A stretch of DNA of 64,000 bases, taken from NCBI GenBank assembly GCA_051362555.1, contig CM120644.1, forward strand, positions 18,250,534 to 18,314,533, given 5' to 3'. Below, in pieces: positions 1 to 13,469 of the stretch. This stretch comes from Lingula anatina. Lineage: Eukaryota > Animalia > Brachiopoda. Within the stretch, counting starts at the first letter, position 1; every line of letters begins with the position of its first letter. The position numbers were made by a program, and so were the translations under genes. The notes under the pieces are model-generated. The model was not told the DNA's origin. It made no database searches and saw nothing but the letters and a program-made list of their open reading frames with translations.

Positions 1-1228
1 AGACTCAACCGCCCCCCAGGACCCCCCCCCCAAAAAAAAAAAAAAAAAAAAAATCCGAAGTGCCCTCCCACATTCAAAATAGTATGTAGCCACGTTTCAT
101 GTTCCTAGCATAAAGTACGATGTAAAAATTAGAATAGACCACCCCCAAGTCACAATTGAATTCCGAAGAGCCTTTGCAAATCCCTATAATGATAGGTTTA
201 TTAATCCCCGACGTATCAAGTTCCTAACTATGATGGTTTAGGAAGTAACAATGTTAAATAGATTATGCATGTATATAATAAATTGTCCACCACAGGGAAA
301 GCTTGGCCAATGTAAGCGTACCTAGCCGAGACAACCCCGTCCCCATTCCAATTCTACCTCTATAGAAATTCACACTAGCTATTTATTGACTAAGAAAAAA
401 TTCTGGTTGCAAAATGCGTTCTGGTTGAAAAATTCGTTTTCACGATTTTCTTTGGTTGCAAAATGCGGCTCTACACCAGTTTTATGAATCCCCGGCATTT
501 CATTCTCCCCAACATCTATCTGGACAGTTGACCGTTTCAAATGATTCAGATTTCAGACTTTCCGACCTAAGCGTTTTCATTAAGTATATAGGCCAGGAGG
601 TCAAACGACCGAGATATTTTCGAAACATTTATATGTTGCATATCAATAGAAAAGCCTATTTTTACAGCTTGTTATTGCAAGTCATAACGTTTATGTCATA
701 GTTACAAAAGAGATACTTCTATAACACGAATAATGGAATAGACTGTTTGTTAAAGATATTAATGTACACTTAGTGTGGAGCAAAATTAAAACCTCTCTGC
801 CTAGTAGAGTTCTCTACCTACAGTGGAAAGGCATACATTCTTGCTACTGTGTACTAGCCACATCTATAAACCTGCGCCGTCAATCAAACCACACATGGTC
901 AGTTTTATGCCCTAGTTTAAAGGCAGGCAATGTGTTCATTTATACACTTCGTTTGTCTTATACATCTAGTGCCTTAGACCCATCATGATTCAACGTCCAA
1001 ATATTGTCAGTTTTTAATCGTCCTGAAATCTGAAAAATCTCAAAACTAAATGGGTAAAACAAAAAACTAGCTTTATGCTTTCCGTCACTGGACCGGAGCT
1101 CTTGAAATAAAGTACTTTATTTATAGAAGTTAATCTCACGGGTATCTACGAGAACATCTGAAAATAACAGCTTCATTAAACTACAACGAGATAAAATACG
1201 CACTATCATGTGAGTGAGTAATGTTATC

Positions 1229-1259
<31 letters not shown>

Positions 1260-2884
1260 CCCATTTCAAATACGCGCGTCACTCTGGAAATCATGGTCTA
1301 GAATGAAACATCATATCGACCTTTACGCCTAATTTCCGCATCCAACCAGAACTGGAACATGTTTGGATACAATGTACCATGAAGTGGTAATATACTACGA
1401 AGTCTCCTAAGGGTCCTTATTTTTTAACCAATGAAGTCGCCTTCTATCATGAAGTAGTAATTCTTATCCTATGAAGTGGTAATATACCATGAAGTATCTT
1501 AACATACGTCATTTGGTAGCCTCTGAAAATTTTAATCCTGAAATATTGGAGAACATAACAGAGTCAGCTAAGGACACGTTTGTGGAACGCGTTTGTACAC
1601 GTCATAATGGACATTTACAGGTGTAGGACCAGAACAGAGCCTCTTGTAAACATTTTAGAACCAAGGGACCGAAATTGATTTGAGGACCAGAAGAGAGGCT
1701 TAACAGACGTTTACAGCACACAAACAGTATAATATCATAAGGTATGTATCATAAACGCTTCGGAGCTCATCAACCAACTAAAATTCCAATGTTCATGAAC
1801 ACTGAATCTTAAAGTTGTCAAAATGACTGAAGTTCTTGATACCTTCGATACAGCCTATATCCCCCAATGTGTAGTTCTAAACTTAACTTACCAGATGCCT
1901 GTTGCTTCTCTTATCGAGCCCAGTCTTATGTAATGTCTTGTTTAAGTGATCGTGATGTATTTAATTACGACCATTGCGCAGTATTGTCAGGATTAACATT
2001 ATTATAGTCACGCATTTCCCCTATCCGACATGTTACAAACCCACAGACAGCCTCATCTTTGAAAACATACATTTGTACCACTGGATGTAAACATCAGACT
2101 ACCTTTCATACGGGCTATGAGACAAAATAGGACACCCTGTTGTCAAACATTTGAAAATCGTTAAAGCAGATTGCCTCTTTTGTGATAGATGCATTTAAAT
2201 AGATAGATAGATAGATAGATAGATTCTAGCAGTTGAATCACTTAATGATCTGCCTTCTCCACTTTCTTACAATCTCCAAGCATTTCCTGCAGTCAATCAT
2301 GCTAACCATATCCAATATAATTAATTGTATTTTTGTGATGAAAATGATGCTTTATGTCGCATGTTGCTTACATTTGGAAGACACATAATTCTTTACCGGT
2401 TGTCAGTGGATGTCGGCTTTCTTTATTGTTATTTTCCTAATAAAATTAATTGTCATACCGGCTGCCAAGTGCAGAAACTTGTTGGTCATCTCATTACTTC
2501 TAAAGATACATACGAACCGAGCATCGTTGGAGCGTGGATTCCCAGTAACACATGTAAACAACTTCTACTAGATTCTTATATGACTCAAATAAATTCGACA
2601 TACCAAGGGATAAACTGAATAGATCACTCGATCAGCCATAAAAAAACATTTAGACTGCTCCTTTCTTTAAATTCTTGGTTGTAAATTTAACCTACTTTCG
2701 TGACCTACTTTCCCGCCCCATTGACATACAGCTTAGAATGCCAGCAGAAAAAATCCGTTTAAACATCATTTTCGGGTAAAATTAAACAATGTCTTTTGGT
2801 AATTCTCTTAGTTATACTACTTAAAACTATATGCTGGCTTTTGGTTGGTTTTGGTGACAAAAATTGACTTTGTATGCATCTTAA

Positions 2885-3918
2885 CCCTCAAGTGACCGAG
2901 TGGGGTCATTTACGACCCCAGCCATATGATTTAATGTGCCATCTCTTTATTTTTTATTCGAATTTTCTTTCCTTGCATGAGTTTGTCAGTCTACTAATCC
3001 TACACACTTTCACAGTTTTTTGTAGGGATCAACCAATTAGTGTGGCGTATACATCAAAAACTCTTGTGGGGTCATTTATGACCCCAAAGAGAAGCATTGG
3101 TTTTTACATATTAATTTTTAAATTTTATTCAAATGTTTTGCCCAAGCAACACTGACAGGAAAATGTCACATGCATGTGCTTCATGCAACCAGCCAGTGTG
3201 CCCAAAACATAGGCACAAATAAGTGGTTTGTGAAGATTGTGCTTGAAGTGTTACTAATAGTGAATCGCTGAATCTAATTTCAGTAGCTTTGTTGGAACTT
3301 GTTCTCATAACTGGGTCTCTCATTTTGACGGTTACAATTTTCGAGTATTTCTGAAATCTAAATAATTCTGTCGATATCATATTATACATATATTAACAAA
3401 TTATTTGTGTGGATTTTCTTTTATACACAGCTGTGGTAGTAACATACATATAGGTTGATTGAATGAGTTCTGAGTAGTATGACTTTCTTATCAGCATTAG
3501 GGTATTCCCTACTCAGCAAGTCAGCTAATTATTCTTATTGAAGTTAGCAGGATGCTATCTCAACATAAATCAAAATATTTTTACTCAAAGTAATTTTGTA
3601 ATGTACTTTTTTCATTTAGTGTGGCAAATAAAAAGAGAAATATTTCTGCAAGTGGAAACTTTCAATGACTGTCTAAATACCGGTGTAATGTTGTTCTTAA
3701 AATCTGTGCTTGGTTATTTCATGCATTAAAAGTATTATTACCAAATACTTATTACATTAGATCATTATAAAATACTTGTCTTAAATCCTGGGAGTAGTAT
3801 GGGTGTGATAAAGCCTCAACAGCCTTTTATAATAAGGATCTCTGTACAGAGCACAATGGGGTCATAGATGACCCCACTTGGTCATTTCAGTCAGTAAAAT
3901 AGCTTGGTCTCTTGAGGG
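2885..3918 (+). mobile_element. Non-autonomous piggyBac-derived element, copy 1 (1034 bp)
   Basis: TTAA on both sides (2881-2884, 3919-3922). TIR CCCTCAAGTGACC...GGTCTCTTGAGGG. Internal remnant (~3139-3246) reads CPSNTDRKMSHACASCNQPVCPKHRHK*VVCEDCA*, like the piggyBac C-terminal cysteine-rich domain. Near-identical copy at 58987-60020. Confidence 0.85.
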
Positions 3919-4497
3919 TTAATGTTGGGATTTATGGATTTTCGAAGCCATTAATGGACAATTTTTGGGTAAAAGAAATAGCCATGCCATTCGTCCATCA
4001 CGACTAAAAATGTCCACTGTTGCTTGATCAAAAAATATGCCTTATCAATTAATAGATGCTCTTCAAAAGCAATTAATTAGGCAAGCAAACAAAACATGAA
4101 ACTAGTCTGACCGTTGTGGAAATAAAAGGCCTTCCGTCGCGAGCTGCTTTATTGTTCAACAATTTGACATGCAAAGTGGAATATGTAATATGGAGAATAT
4201 TGGCCGAAGATTACCAACGTTTCAGTTTTGGTCATATCTCTTGGATCATTCGAATCGGGGTGTCTCATACTTTCATGTCACATCAAACAAAACATTACAA
4301 TGACAGTTTATCCCGCCTCTTTTTATTTATGTATAAGAAACTTGTTATTCATGTACTAGAGTAGTAGATATGGCTCTCGGGGCAAAGCGTCTTTGCTCCA
4401 TGCATCAACATCATATATGAAATAACCAAGTTATGATTCTAAGGATTCATCGGTTGTATATGAGCATGGAAATCACTAAATAAATCTAAATGAAGAG

Positions 4498-4502
<5 letters not shown>

Positions 4503-4548
<46 letters not shown>
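4503..4548. repeat. (GA)n microsatellite
   Basis: Direct reading; explains the ERERER ORF 4490..4714. Confidence 0.95.
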
Positions 4549-4549
<1 letters not shown>

Positions 4550-4874
4550 GCAGGTCAGATGTATATGATAACCAAGCACAGAGTAGAGACATTGATTAAA
4601 ATTCAATCCAGGCATGCCTTATATTTGCCTGCCTGGCACTGTTCTGAGGAGAATCAACTTGCAACTGATATTCTTCTCCCACTACATAACGCACCTGTCA
4701 TGTATCATTTATAATTTTCTATACGTACAAAATGTACTTTCTGTTTCTTATAACATATTTAGCCCCTGACCTTTAACTGCAACACTTTGTTGTCCCTTTG
4801 TTGTTTACAGTAGCCGTTTACGGTTCTCGTAAACACCCGATTTAAAGTTGTCTAGCATTCGTGTCTGGACCTAC

Positions 4875-4949
4875 CTTTACCATTTTCGAACAGCAGATAG
4901 TTTGAACGACCATAAGAAACAGGAGAACTTTCAGATTGTTTGGGGACAT
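4875..4949 (-). pseudogene. Orphan A-type signal-peptide exon (MSPNNLKVLLFLMVVQTICCSKMVK)
   Basis: 75-nt exon homologous to 13470-13544 with the same AAG|GTAGGT donor. No EF-hand exon found between it and the window start; it could splice beyond the window. Confidence 0.65.
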
Positions 4950-7749
4950 TCTTATATGAACTCTATGTTGTTAAGATTTCTAAAACAAAAGTAACAACCA
5001 ACTTACAAAAGTAGCAAACAACAATATTCATCGAGCGTGAAATACAAATTTATGATTCGCGTCGTTTCTCATCGCTGTCTCATCGTGTCTCATCACATCG
5101 CTGCCACACATGACCCCTATTTGATGTCGCCATCGACTTAAAGAGTTTTAAAATTGCATTTTAAATGCAATCATCGAACTATATATCATACGGGCTACCA
5201 AGTCACAAAAGAAGCCCATTATACTGTCAGACTTGTGCAAGACATTGGCAGTTAAATTTAAACTTTCACTTTGATGTATAAGACCTTTCAGTTACACAAC
5301 TAATACATACATTAAGTAATAGAGTAATATATACTAGTGTAGACACTTTTAGCGGAAATACTCGATCGGGTTACATTTATTTGATCCAACAGTTTGAGAA
5401 TATGCTGACATATATTAAGAACAAATGGTAAGCTTTCATGCTTATAATAAACACGTTTCGCAAGAAAATGGGCAAATTTACGTCATATACTTTAATTTGA
5501 AGCTTGAACTATCTTTTTGCGCTTTCAAGAAAGTCAAACGCAATGTAGAAAACACATTAATAAAACGTTTGGACGTTACAATTTAGGATACAGAATTCTT
5601 CGTATGCTCTCACCAGTAGTTATGAACTTAAATATTTCTGAATTTAAATAAATATTTCAAAGATAAAAAAAATGGAGTCCATTTATTCAAATACCCAGTA
5701 CACTAAATATTAGTCAAAGAAAGCTGAATGCTTAAAGCATTACAAATGTGCAGCAAAAGACATGGTAATATACATGGTAATATCCCTTTATATTTAACCA
5801 TGTGTGATTTTTTCATAAATATGCAATCTAAGGTCAACTTCCCATCGTTTATTTCATTAATAAACCGAATTAAGCAATTAAAAGTCATCATACTGCTTTG
5901 ACTAGCAGCAAATGTTACCAATGCATTGTTTCAATTCGAAGTAGAATTACTAGCAGTAATAGTACGTTTTGTGAAAATCATGATTCGCACCATATTCTGA
6001 TACCACACAATTTCCTTTAAATATGCAATTTAAAGTCAATCACCCATCGTTTTCTTCATTTTGGACACAAACATAATTATCTTCAAAATAAACCGAATTA
6101 AGCACATAAAAGTCATCGAACTTCTTTGACTAGCAGTGAATTGTACCAATGCATTGTTTTAATTCAAAGTAGAAATACTTACAGTAATTCCTGGCAGTAA
6201 CAGTACGTTTCCTAAAAGTCATGTTTCGTACAATATGTACATGTAGCATGGCTGTTTTACATCAGGAGTTGATGCATGAAACATGGATGCTCTGGCCCGA
6301 GAGCTATAACTACTACTCTAGTACATGTATATATATTATAAAGTTACTTATATAAATAAAAAGAGGCGGGATATACTGTCAGTGTAATGTTTTGTTTGAT
6401 GTGACGTGTAGGTCTGTCAAACCCAAAATCGAATAAATCAACACATATGGCGCAAATTGAAACGGTGGTCATCTTCCGACAATATTCTACATATTACATA
6501 TTCAACAAGCTGTTGTACAATAAAGCAGTTGCGACGGGAGACCTTTTGGTCACACAAATATACAAAAGGTACGTTCCTACTCAGCTGACCGAATAGCCAG
6601 ACCAGTTAACCTATATATTTTCATGTGGTTTCATCTGACCTAATTAATTGCTTTTGAAGAACACCTATTAACTGATAAGGCACATTTTGTTGATTAAGCC
6701 ATAGTGAACAGTCTAAGTCGTAATGGACAAATCGCTTGGTCATTTCTTTTACCAAGGATTTGGCGATTAATGGCTTCCAAGAATCCACAAATCCCAACAC
6801 TAGAAATAATTAGGTGAATAACACATTTCTACACTTGGCAGTCTGTATGACAATTAATTTTATTAGGAGAATAACAATAAATAAAGCCGACATTCGCTTA
6901 CGACAGGTATATAAGTGTCTGCACAATGTAAGCCAAACCAAAATACAATTAATCATACTGGATATGATTAGCATGATTTACTGCTGTAAATATTTGGAGA
7001 TTGTTAGGACGCGGAGTAGGCAGATCATTAAGAATCCAACTGCTAATATTCATCTATCTATCTAACTGTTTATCTATCTATCACAAAAAAGACAATCTGC
7101 TTTAACGATTGGTTTTCAAAGGTTTGACAACAGGATGACCTAATTTGTCTCATAGCCCATATTAAATGTAGTTTGATGTTTACATCCAGTGGTACAAATG
7201 TATGTTTTTAAAAATGGAAGTGTCAGGGGATAGGTAACATGTTGAACAGGGGACACGCGTGACTGATAATTTTCATCCCGACAATACTGCGAAATAATGG
7301 TATTTAGGTATACCATGCTCACTGAAAAAAAACACTACATAAGACTGGGTTCTAAGAGAAACAACAGACATCTGATAAGTAAAGTAAAATATAATTACGT
7401 ATTGAGGGATATAGTCTATATCGAAGGTATCAAAACTTCAGTCATTTCGACAGCTTTAGGATTCAATGATCACAAACATTGGGATTTCAGTTGATCGACT
7501 GAGCTGCTTAATGTGTTTATGATACAAATCATATGATATTACACTGTTTGTGTGCTGTAAACGTTTCCACATGTAGACCTACCAAAATACAGACGCTGTT
7601 ATATTTTTGATCATAGATTGCCTATCTAGGTTCCTATGTAGGCAAAGTAAAGCAAGAATATGTTATATAAACTTGCATATCTCGATTTATTGTTCAATAT
7701 ATATTAGTAGATTGTTAATTTTGTTCTAGAGACCTTCCCAGCGGGCAAA

Positions 7750-8600
7750 TCAACATTGAATCAATGTTGAATCAACGTTGAAGGTCAACATTGAAACTAT
7801 GTTGATATGACGTTGACTATGAAAGTTGACTCAACGTTGAACCATAAAGGTTGAATCAACCTTGGAGTATCAAGGTTGAATCAACGTTGATGGTCAACGT
7901 TGAAACTATGTTGATATGACGTTGACTATGAAAGTTGACTCAACGTTGAACCATAAAGGTTGAATCAACCTTGATGTATCAATGTTGAATCAACGTTGAC
8001 GGTCAACGTTGAAACTATGTTGATATGACGTTGACTATGAAAGTTGACTCAACGTTGAACCATAAAGGTTGAATCAACCTTGACGTATCAATATTGAATC
8101 AATGTTGACGGTCAACGTTGAAACTATGTTGATATGACGTTGACTATGAAAGTTGACTCAACGTTGAACCTTAAAGGTTGAATCAACCTTGATGTATCAA
8201 GGTTGACTCAACGTTGATGGTCAACGTTGAAACTATGTTGATATGACGTTGACTATGAAAGTTGACTCAACGTTGAACCATCAAGGTTGAATCAACCTTG
8301 AACCATCAAGGTTGAATCAACGTTGACGGTCAACGTTGAAACTATGTTGATATGACGTTGAATATGAAAGTTGACTCAATGTTGAACCATCAAGGTTGAA
8401 TCAACCTTGAGGTATCAATGTTGAATCAACGTTGACGGTCAACGTTGAAACTATGTTGATATGACATTGACTATGAAAGTTGACTCAACGTTGAACCATC
8501 AAGGTTGAATCAACCTTGAACCATCAAGGTTGAAACAACCTTGAGGTATCAATGTTGAATCAACATTGATACCTCAATGTTGAATCAATGTTGAAATAAA
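7750..8600. repeat. ~7 copies of a 109-bp tandem unit rich in CAACGTTG palindromes
   Basis: GAAACTATGTTG recurs at 7793, 7902, 8011, 8120, 8229, 8338 and 8447. Confidence 0.95.
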
Positions 8601-9749
8601 GTTGAATTTGAAAATCGAATTAAAGTTGATATATCAATTAGGCTATCAGGATATTTGATTGAAATTTGCCTGATGGCTGAATGTGTTCTCCATGATCAAG
8701 CATTTCTTGAAATAAAAAGACTCAGATCTGAAAAAGGGGGGGGAAATTAGGAAAATTACCTACAAAAAAAGGTAATTTCGGAAAAAAAGGGGGGGGGTCC
8801 AGACCCCGGGACCGGGACCAGTTTGACGCTCAGTGTAACGGTCCAAAACAGCCCGAACATAAAAAAACACAAACAACAACTAACTTAACTATGAATATAA
8901 TATATTACAAACAATGAACATACACTAACTACATGTAATACTATCATGTTGCATAAACTTTAAATTTGTCAAATACAGTTAAATTCTAACAGATTCGTAG
9001 ACAGTTAAGTTTTGAAGACGCAATGTCACAGTTTTACGAGTCCTTCTCTGTTAAACGTTCCTCCTGATAGTGTGGGGTTTTGAAGACGCAATGTCACCGT
9101 TTTCCATGTCCTTATCTGTTGAACGATCCTCCTGATAGTGTGGCCTCACAAAGTACTGTTAATAAAGTACAGTTTTTGTACTGTAAAAGTGTTACACACT
9201 GCCCACACTCACGTGTTGCATCAGTTAATGTTATCCGGAGTCTCGCACTTAATAACAGTCCCGCACTTCATTTACATTATACAAGTATGCAGGCACATAC
9301 GGTAATTACTCATAAAAATTAAACAACAAATTAGCTTTACTAAAATAATTATAACGTCACATCAGGTAGTTAAGATAATTTAAAGAATACAAAAACAAAG
9401 GGTCACCAGTCTAATTTTTTTTCTCGCAGCTAACTTAAATTTCCAGAAAAACAGGCATTTTTGGCTTTTTCAAGCTTTTTCTTCAACCTTGAGTAAAATT
9501 TTGTCAATTTGCCATAAAGTAAGGCTGGTGACCCTATGTTTTTTTTTTCTTAAAGATAACCTGTTGAAAGTTAAAAAAAACTGACTACCGCTTTTTTCAC
9601 AAAATTAATTTTAATGAAAAAGGGGTAAAACAAGCGCTTCATGAGGGGTAATTACCCCTATGCATACCTCTCTAGTGAGATAATCATTTAAAACTATTAT
9701 CAAGGTTATGATTAAGGTTATAAAGTCAAGGTTGGCCCAATGTTGAGAT

Positions 9750-10245
9750 ATAGTTGATATGTCAACATTGACAAAGGGTTTACAAACACAGGTTGATTCA
9801 ATGTTAAAATCCTGTTGATCTATCAACATTGAAAACTGATTGACAAAGAAAGGTAAAATCAATCTTTGAGACCCTGTTGATCTATCAACATTGACAATTG
9901 GTTGACAAGAAAAGGTTGATTCAATGTTGAAATCCTGTTGATCTATCAACATTGAAAACTGATTGACAAAGAAAGGTAAAATCAATGTTGAGACCCTGTT
10001 GATCTATCAACATTGACAATTGGTTGACAAGAAAAGGTTGATTCAATGTTGAAATCCTGTTGATCTATCAACATTGAAAACTGATTGACAAAGAAAGGTA
10101 AAATCAATGTTGAGACCCTGTTGATCTATCAACATTGACAATTGGTTGACAAGAAAAGGTTGATTCAATGTTGAAAACTTGTTGATTTATCAATATTGAT
10201 GGATCAATATCATCTCAACCTATCCTCAATGTTGAATCAACGTTG
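9750..10245. repeat. ~122-123-bp tandem unit (about 3.5 copies) at the right end of the foldback element
   Basis: TGACAAAGAAAGGTAAAATCAAT recurs at 9841, 9964 and 10086; GTTGATCTATCAAC palindromes. Confidence 0.9.
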
Positions 10246-10281
10246 AGTGCCCGCTGGGTTAACAATACGGGGATCATAAGA

Positions 10282-10326
10282 ATGTCCCCAAACAATCTAA
10301 AAGTTCTTCTTCATTTTTATGGCCGA
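10282..10326 (+). pseudogene. Truncated, frameshifted A-type signal exon (MSPNNLKVLL...)
   Basis: ATGTCCCCAAACAATCTAAAAGTTCTTCTT is homologous to 13470ff. Homology breaks after ~45 nt, and the foldback element is inserted just 5' of it. Confidence 0.6.
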
Positions 10327-10524
10327 ACAGGTGCAATGCAAAGGAGAGCCAAACTCCTAAAAATCTGGACCAACTCTCCCAAGCTCTTTAGAATGGAACA
10401 ATATCCCATAAAACAGAATTGTTACCCTTGTTGATGGCAGGCCGCGCCACCTACAGGAGGTATATGCAGTACGCGGTAAATACAAACGCTATTAGACAAA
10501 GAGACTTTAACAAGCATACCAAAT

Positions 10525-11000
10525 TGCTAAATGTGTGTAAATTTGGTGACATTTGGTGTTGTCATTTCAATTTAATGGGCATTTCTTTACATCTAGGGAA
10601 AGGACAAGGGGAACATCGGATTTAAAAGGGAACATGTAATAAATGTGAATAGATGGTATTAATTATGGATATCTGAACCGTTAGCTTGTATTTTCCGAAC
10701 GACTAATCATGTTAGTTGTGGTATGTGGAATGAAAACCATCATTAATAGCAATTAACGAGCACACCCTAATGCTAAATGTGTGTAAATTTGGTGACATTT
10801 GGTGTTGTCATTTCAATTTAATGTGCATTTCTTTACCTCTGTGGAAATGACAGTGGAACATCGGGTATGAGGGGGTACATGTAATGAATGTGAATAAATG
10901 GTAGTAAATGTTGATATATTCACCGCTAAATTGTGTTTTCTGTATCACTAATCATGTTAGTTATGGTATCTGAAACGAAAATTACCATTTATAGCAATCA
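10525..11000. repeat. Two-copy ~246-bp tandem duplication
   Basis: TGCTAAATGTGTGTAAATTTGGTGACATTTGGTGTTGTCATTTCAATTTAATG at 10525 and 10771. Confidence 0.85.
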
Positions 11001-13469
11001 CCTCCTATGATGTAATCGTTTATAAATGAAAGCAAATGATAGTATCTCTGTCGAGAGTGGCTGAAGTAGGAAAAGGCTTTACAGTAAGAAACGATAACTT
11101 GCAGCTGGATCTGTCTGAGTTGTACATACAGCCATGTATTTGTGTGTTGTTATAGTGAATGCTACACACAGTTAACTGCTGTGATGAGTAAATGGCGTAT
11201 AAAATAAACAAAGAAAATACATATCGTTGGAAGCCCGCATGACAAACTTATCTGTTACGTGAATGTTAACATACATAGAAAAACCCACCCCAGAATTAAT
11301 TATAAGAATTGAAGTCGCGATGGGGTGGATTACATCTGAAGTAATCGTGATATAATGAAGACTGAATCAGCAGAAATATATAGTGTACATATATAAATAT
11401 AGCAGTTCAACTTAGAAAAACCAAATGTGCTGAAAGCAACAGAAAAAATACCAAAAGTAAGAGAGAAACATTTAATATCTATATTTTTTTATCTGTCTTT
11501 ACCTACATATGTAGACACTCATTTCGCATTCATCATATTATCCAATAAAATTATTGGAAAAATGCTCATGCGCAATAACGGAAAGTATGAAGAAATACTC
11601 TGCGTCACTCGTGATGAGAATAAAGCATCGCTCTGCAAAGGACAATAAAGGTTTTATTAGAAACCACCCGGTGCGTTCGGAGCATAAGCTTTACAGGTTA
11701 AAGATCAGCATAAGGTATGAAACATGATTTTCAGATTTTACTGTGTGCTTTAATATTCGGCTAATTTTGAAGAGAATTATGTCTGTGTGCAAATGAAGAA
11801 AACTATAGGTTGTTGATCTCAGATTGCATATTTATATGAAATTGTATGGTATCAGCATATGGTACGAAACACTATATTCAGAAAAGGTACTATTACTGCA
11901 AGTTTGTGTCCAAATGAAGAGGTGATGGGTAGTTGTAGTTATATTGCATATTTATATGGAATTGTATCACGAGTTGCTAAATTATATAGGAATGGCCATA
12001 AATGTGAATATTACCATGTTTTTTATTACTGCACATTTCTAGCGGTAGAATTATAATGCACAGAACTTAAGACGGCTTGCAGCCCTGAGACAACCACGTT
12101 TTTTTTTTTTTTTTTAAATTATTGTAAATTCTTTTGGCACATCTTATTACAATTACAGCATTCGGTAATCAACAGAAGTGTCCTTTTATATGGACCTGTT
12201 TTCAAACATTTTTTTTCTTACTACTTTTCTGAATTATCAAAGAAAACCAAGATGTCTTGTTAATCTTACAGATTATTGAGCGTCTATTTCGAGACTTTGA
12301 TTCCTGAATTCAAACCGCAAGTAAAGCATTACAAAAGTAAACGGCTGTTTTAAGTAATAAAATAACCATTCCATTCTACGTTATCTGGGTTTCTTTATTT
12401 TTCAAACTAACCGCTTAGGGCAAAGATTGATTAGTAACCGCCTAGTCAGAGAAACGGCCAGTAGTTCCCCTTGCTGCAGTTACACGGCAGGTTTTCACAT
12501 TGCTCTTTTGTATACCCTTCATTTTATTTAGATATTTTAGGTGGTGATATGTATTCTTCCCAAGGTCATGGACACCTTCAACCTTTTGGTTTCTGTGTAT
12601 AAATAAACTTATTGTACTACTTATCCTATTAAGCCCCGAGGAAGTCCAATATGACGGATTTGCTTTACTAAGACTCTGATAGCGATAAGAAATCACATAT
12701 ATCACTCAGAAAATTAGTGTTGCCCAGTGATATTAACAATCAAGTGTGGTTAGGGAGATCATTAAGTGAGTTATCTGCTAGTGTATGTCTGCGTGTCTGT
12801 CTATTTGTCTGTCCATCTATCCATCACAAAAGAGACAATCTGCTCGAACGATTTTCAAATGTTTGACAACAAGATGACCTAATTTGTCTCATAGCCCGTA
12901 TAAAATGCAGTTTACTGATTATATTCAGTTGTAAAAATGTACTTTTTTTTAAATGAAGGTGTCTGGGATTTGTAACATTTCGGATAGGGGACACGCGTGA
13001 CTAATAATGCTCATCCCGACAATACTGCGAAATGATTGTATTTTAATATACCATTACATAAGACTGGGTTCTAAGAGAAGCAGACATCTGGTAAGTAAAG
13101 CTAAGTAGAATACATATTGAAGGATATGGTCTGGATCTAAGGTGTCAAAAACTTTAGTTATTTCAACAGCTTGAAGATCCAGTGTTCACGAACATTGTAA
13201 TTTCTATTGATCGACGATACATACCCTATGGTTTTGTACTGTTTGTGTGCTGTAAACATAGACACATGTAGGCCTACAGAAATACAGACACTGCTTATTG
13301 TTAATTGCAGATTTCAAATATAGCTTCCTACGTACGCAAAGGGAAGCGATAATAATTTCTTATATTAAAGGTGTTATATAAATTTGTATTCCGTTAATAT
13401 TGTCGAGTGTAGTTTAAGTTGTTTGTTACTTTTTTTTAGAAATCTTACCAATACAGAGTTCATATAAGA

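Larger units (their letters stand above)
7737..10258. mobile_element. Non-autonomous foldback-type DNA transposon with CCCAGCGGGCA termini and subterminal tandem arrays (probably CMC/EnSpm-related)
   Basis: Left end CCCAGCGGGCA at 7737, right end TGCCCGCTGGG ending 10258, TT on both sides (2-bp TSD). It interrupts a sequence homologous to the 5' part of the A-type signal exon. Confidence 0.75.

Noticed and set aside
7750-8600. Regular palindromic repeats resembling a CRISPR array
   Set aside because: The units are full tandem copies with no unique spacers, there are no cas genes, the context is eukaryotic, and the array lies inside a TIR element.
9611-9985. Repetitive or low-complexity ORFs (9611..9985, 4490..4714, 30852..31076, 38112..38470, 39865..40178, 49041..49414)
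   Set aside because: They are translations of tandem repeats and microsatellites.
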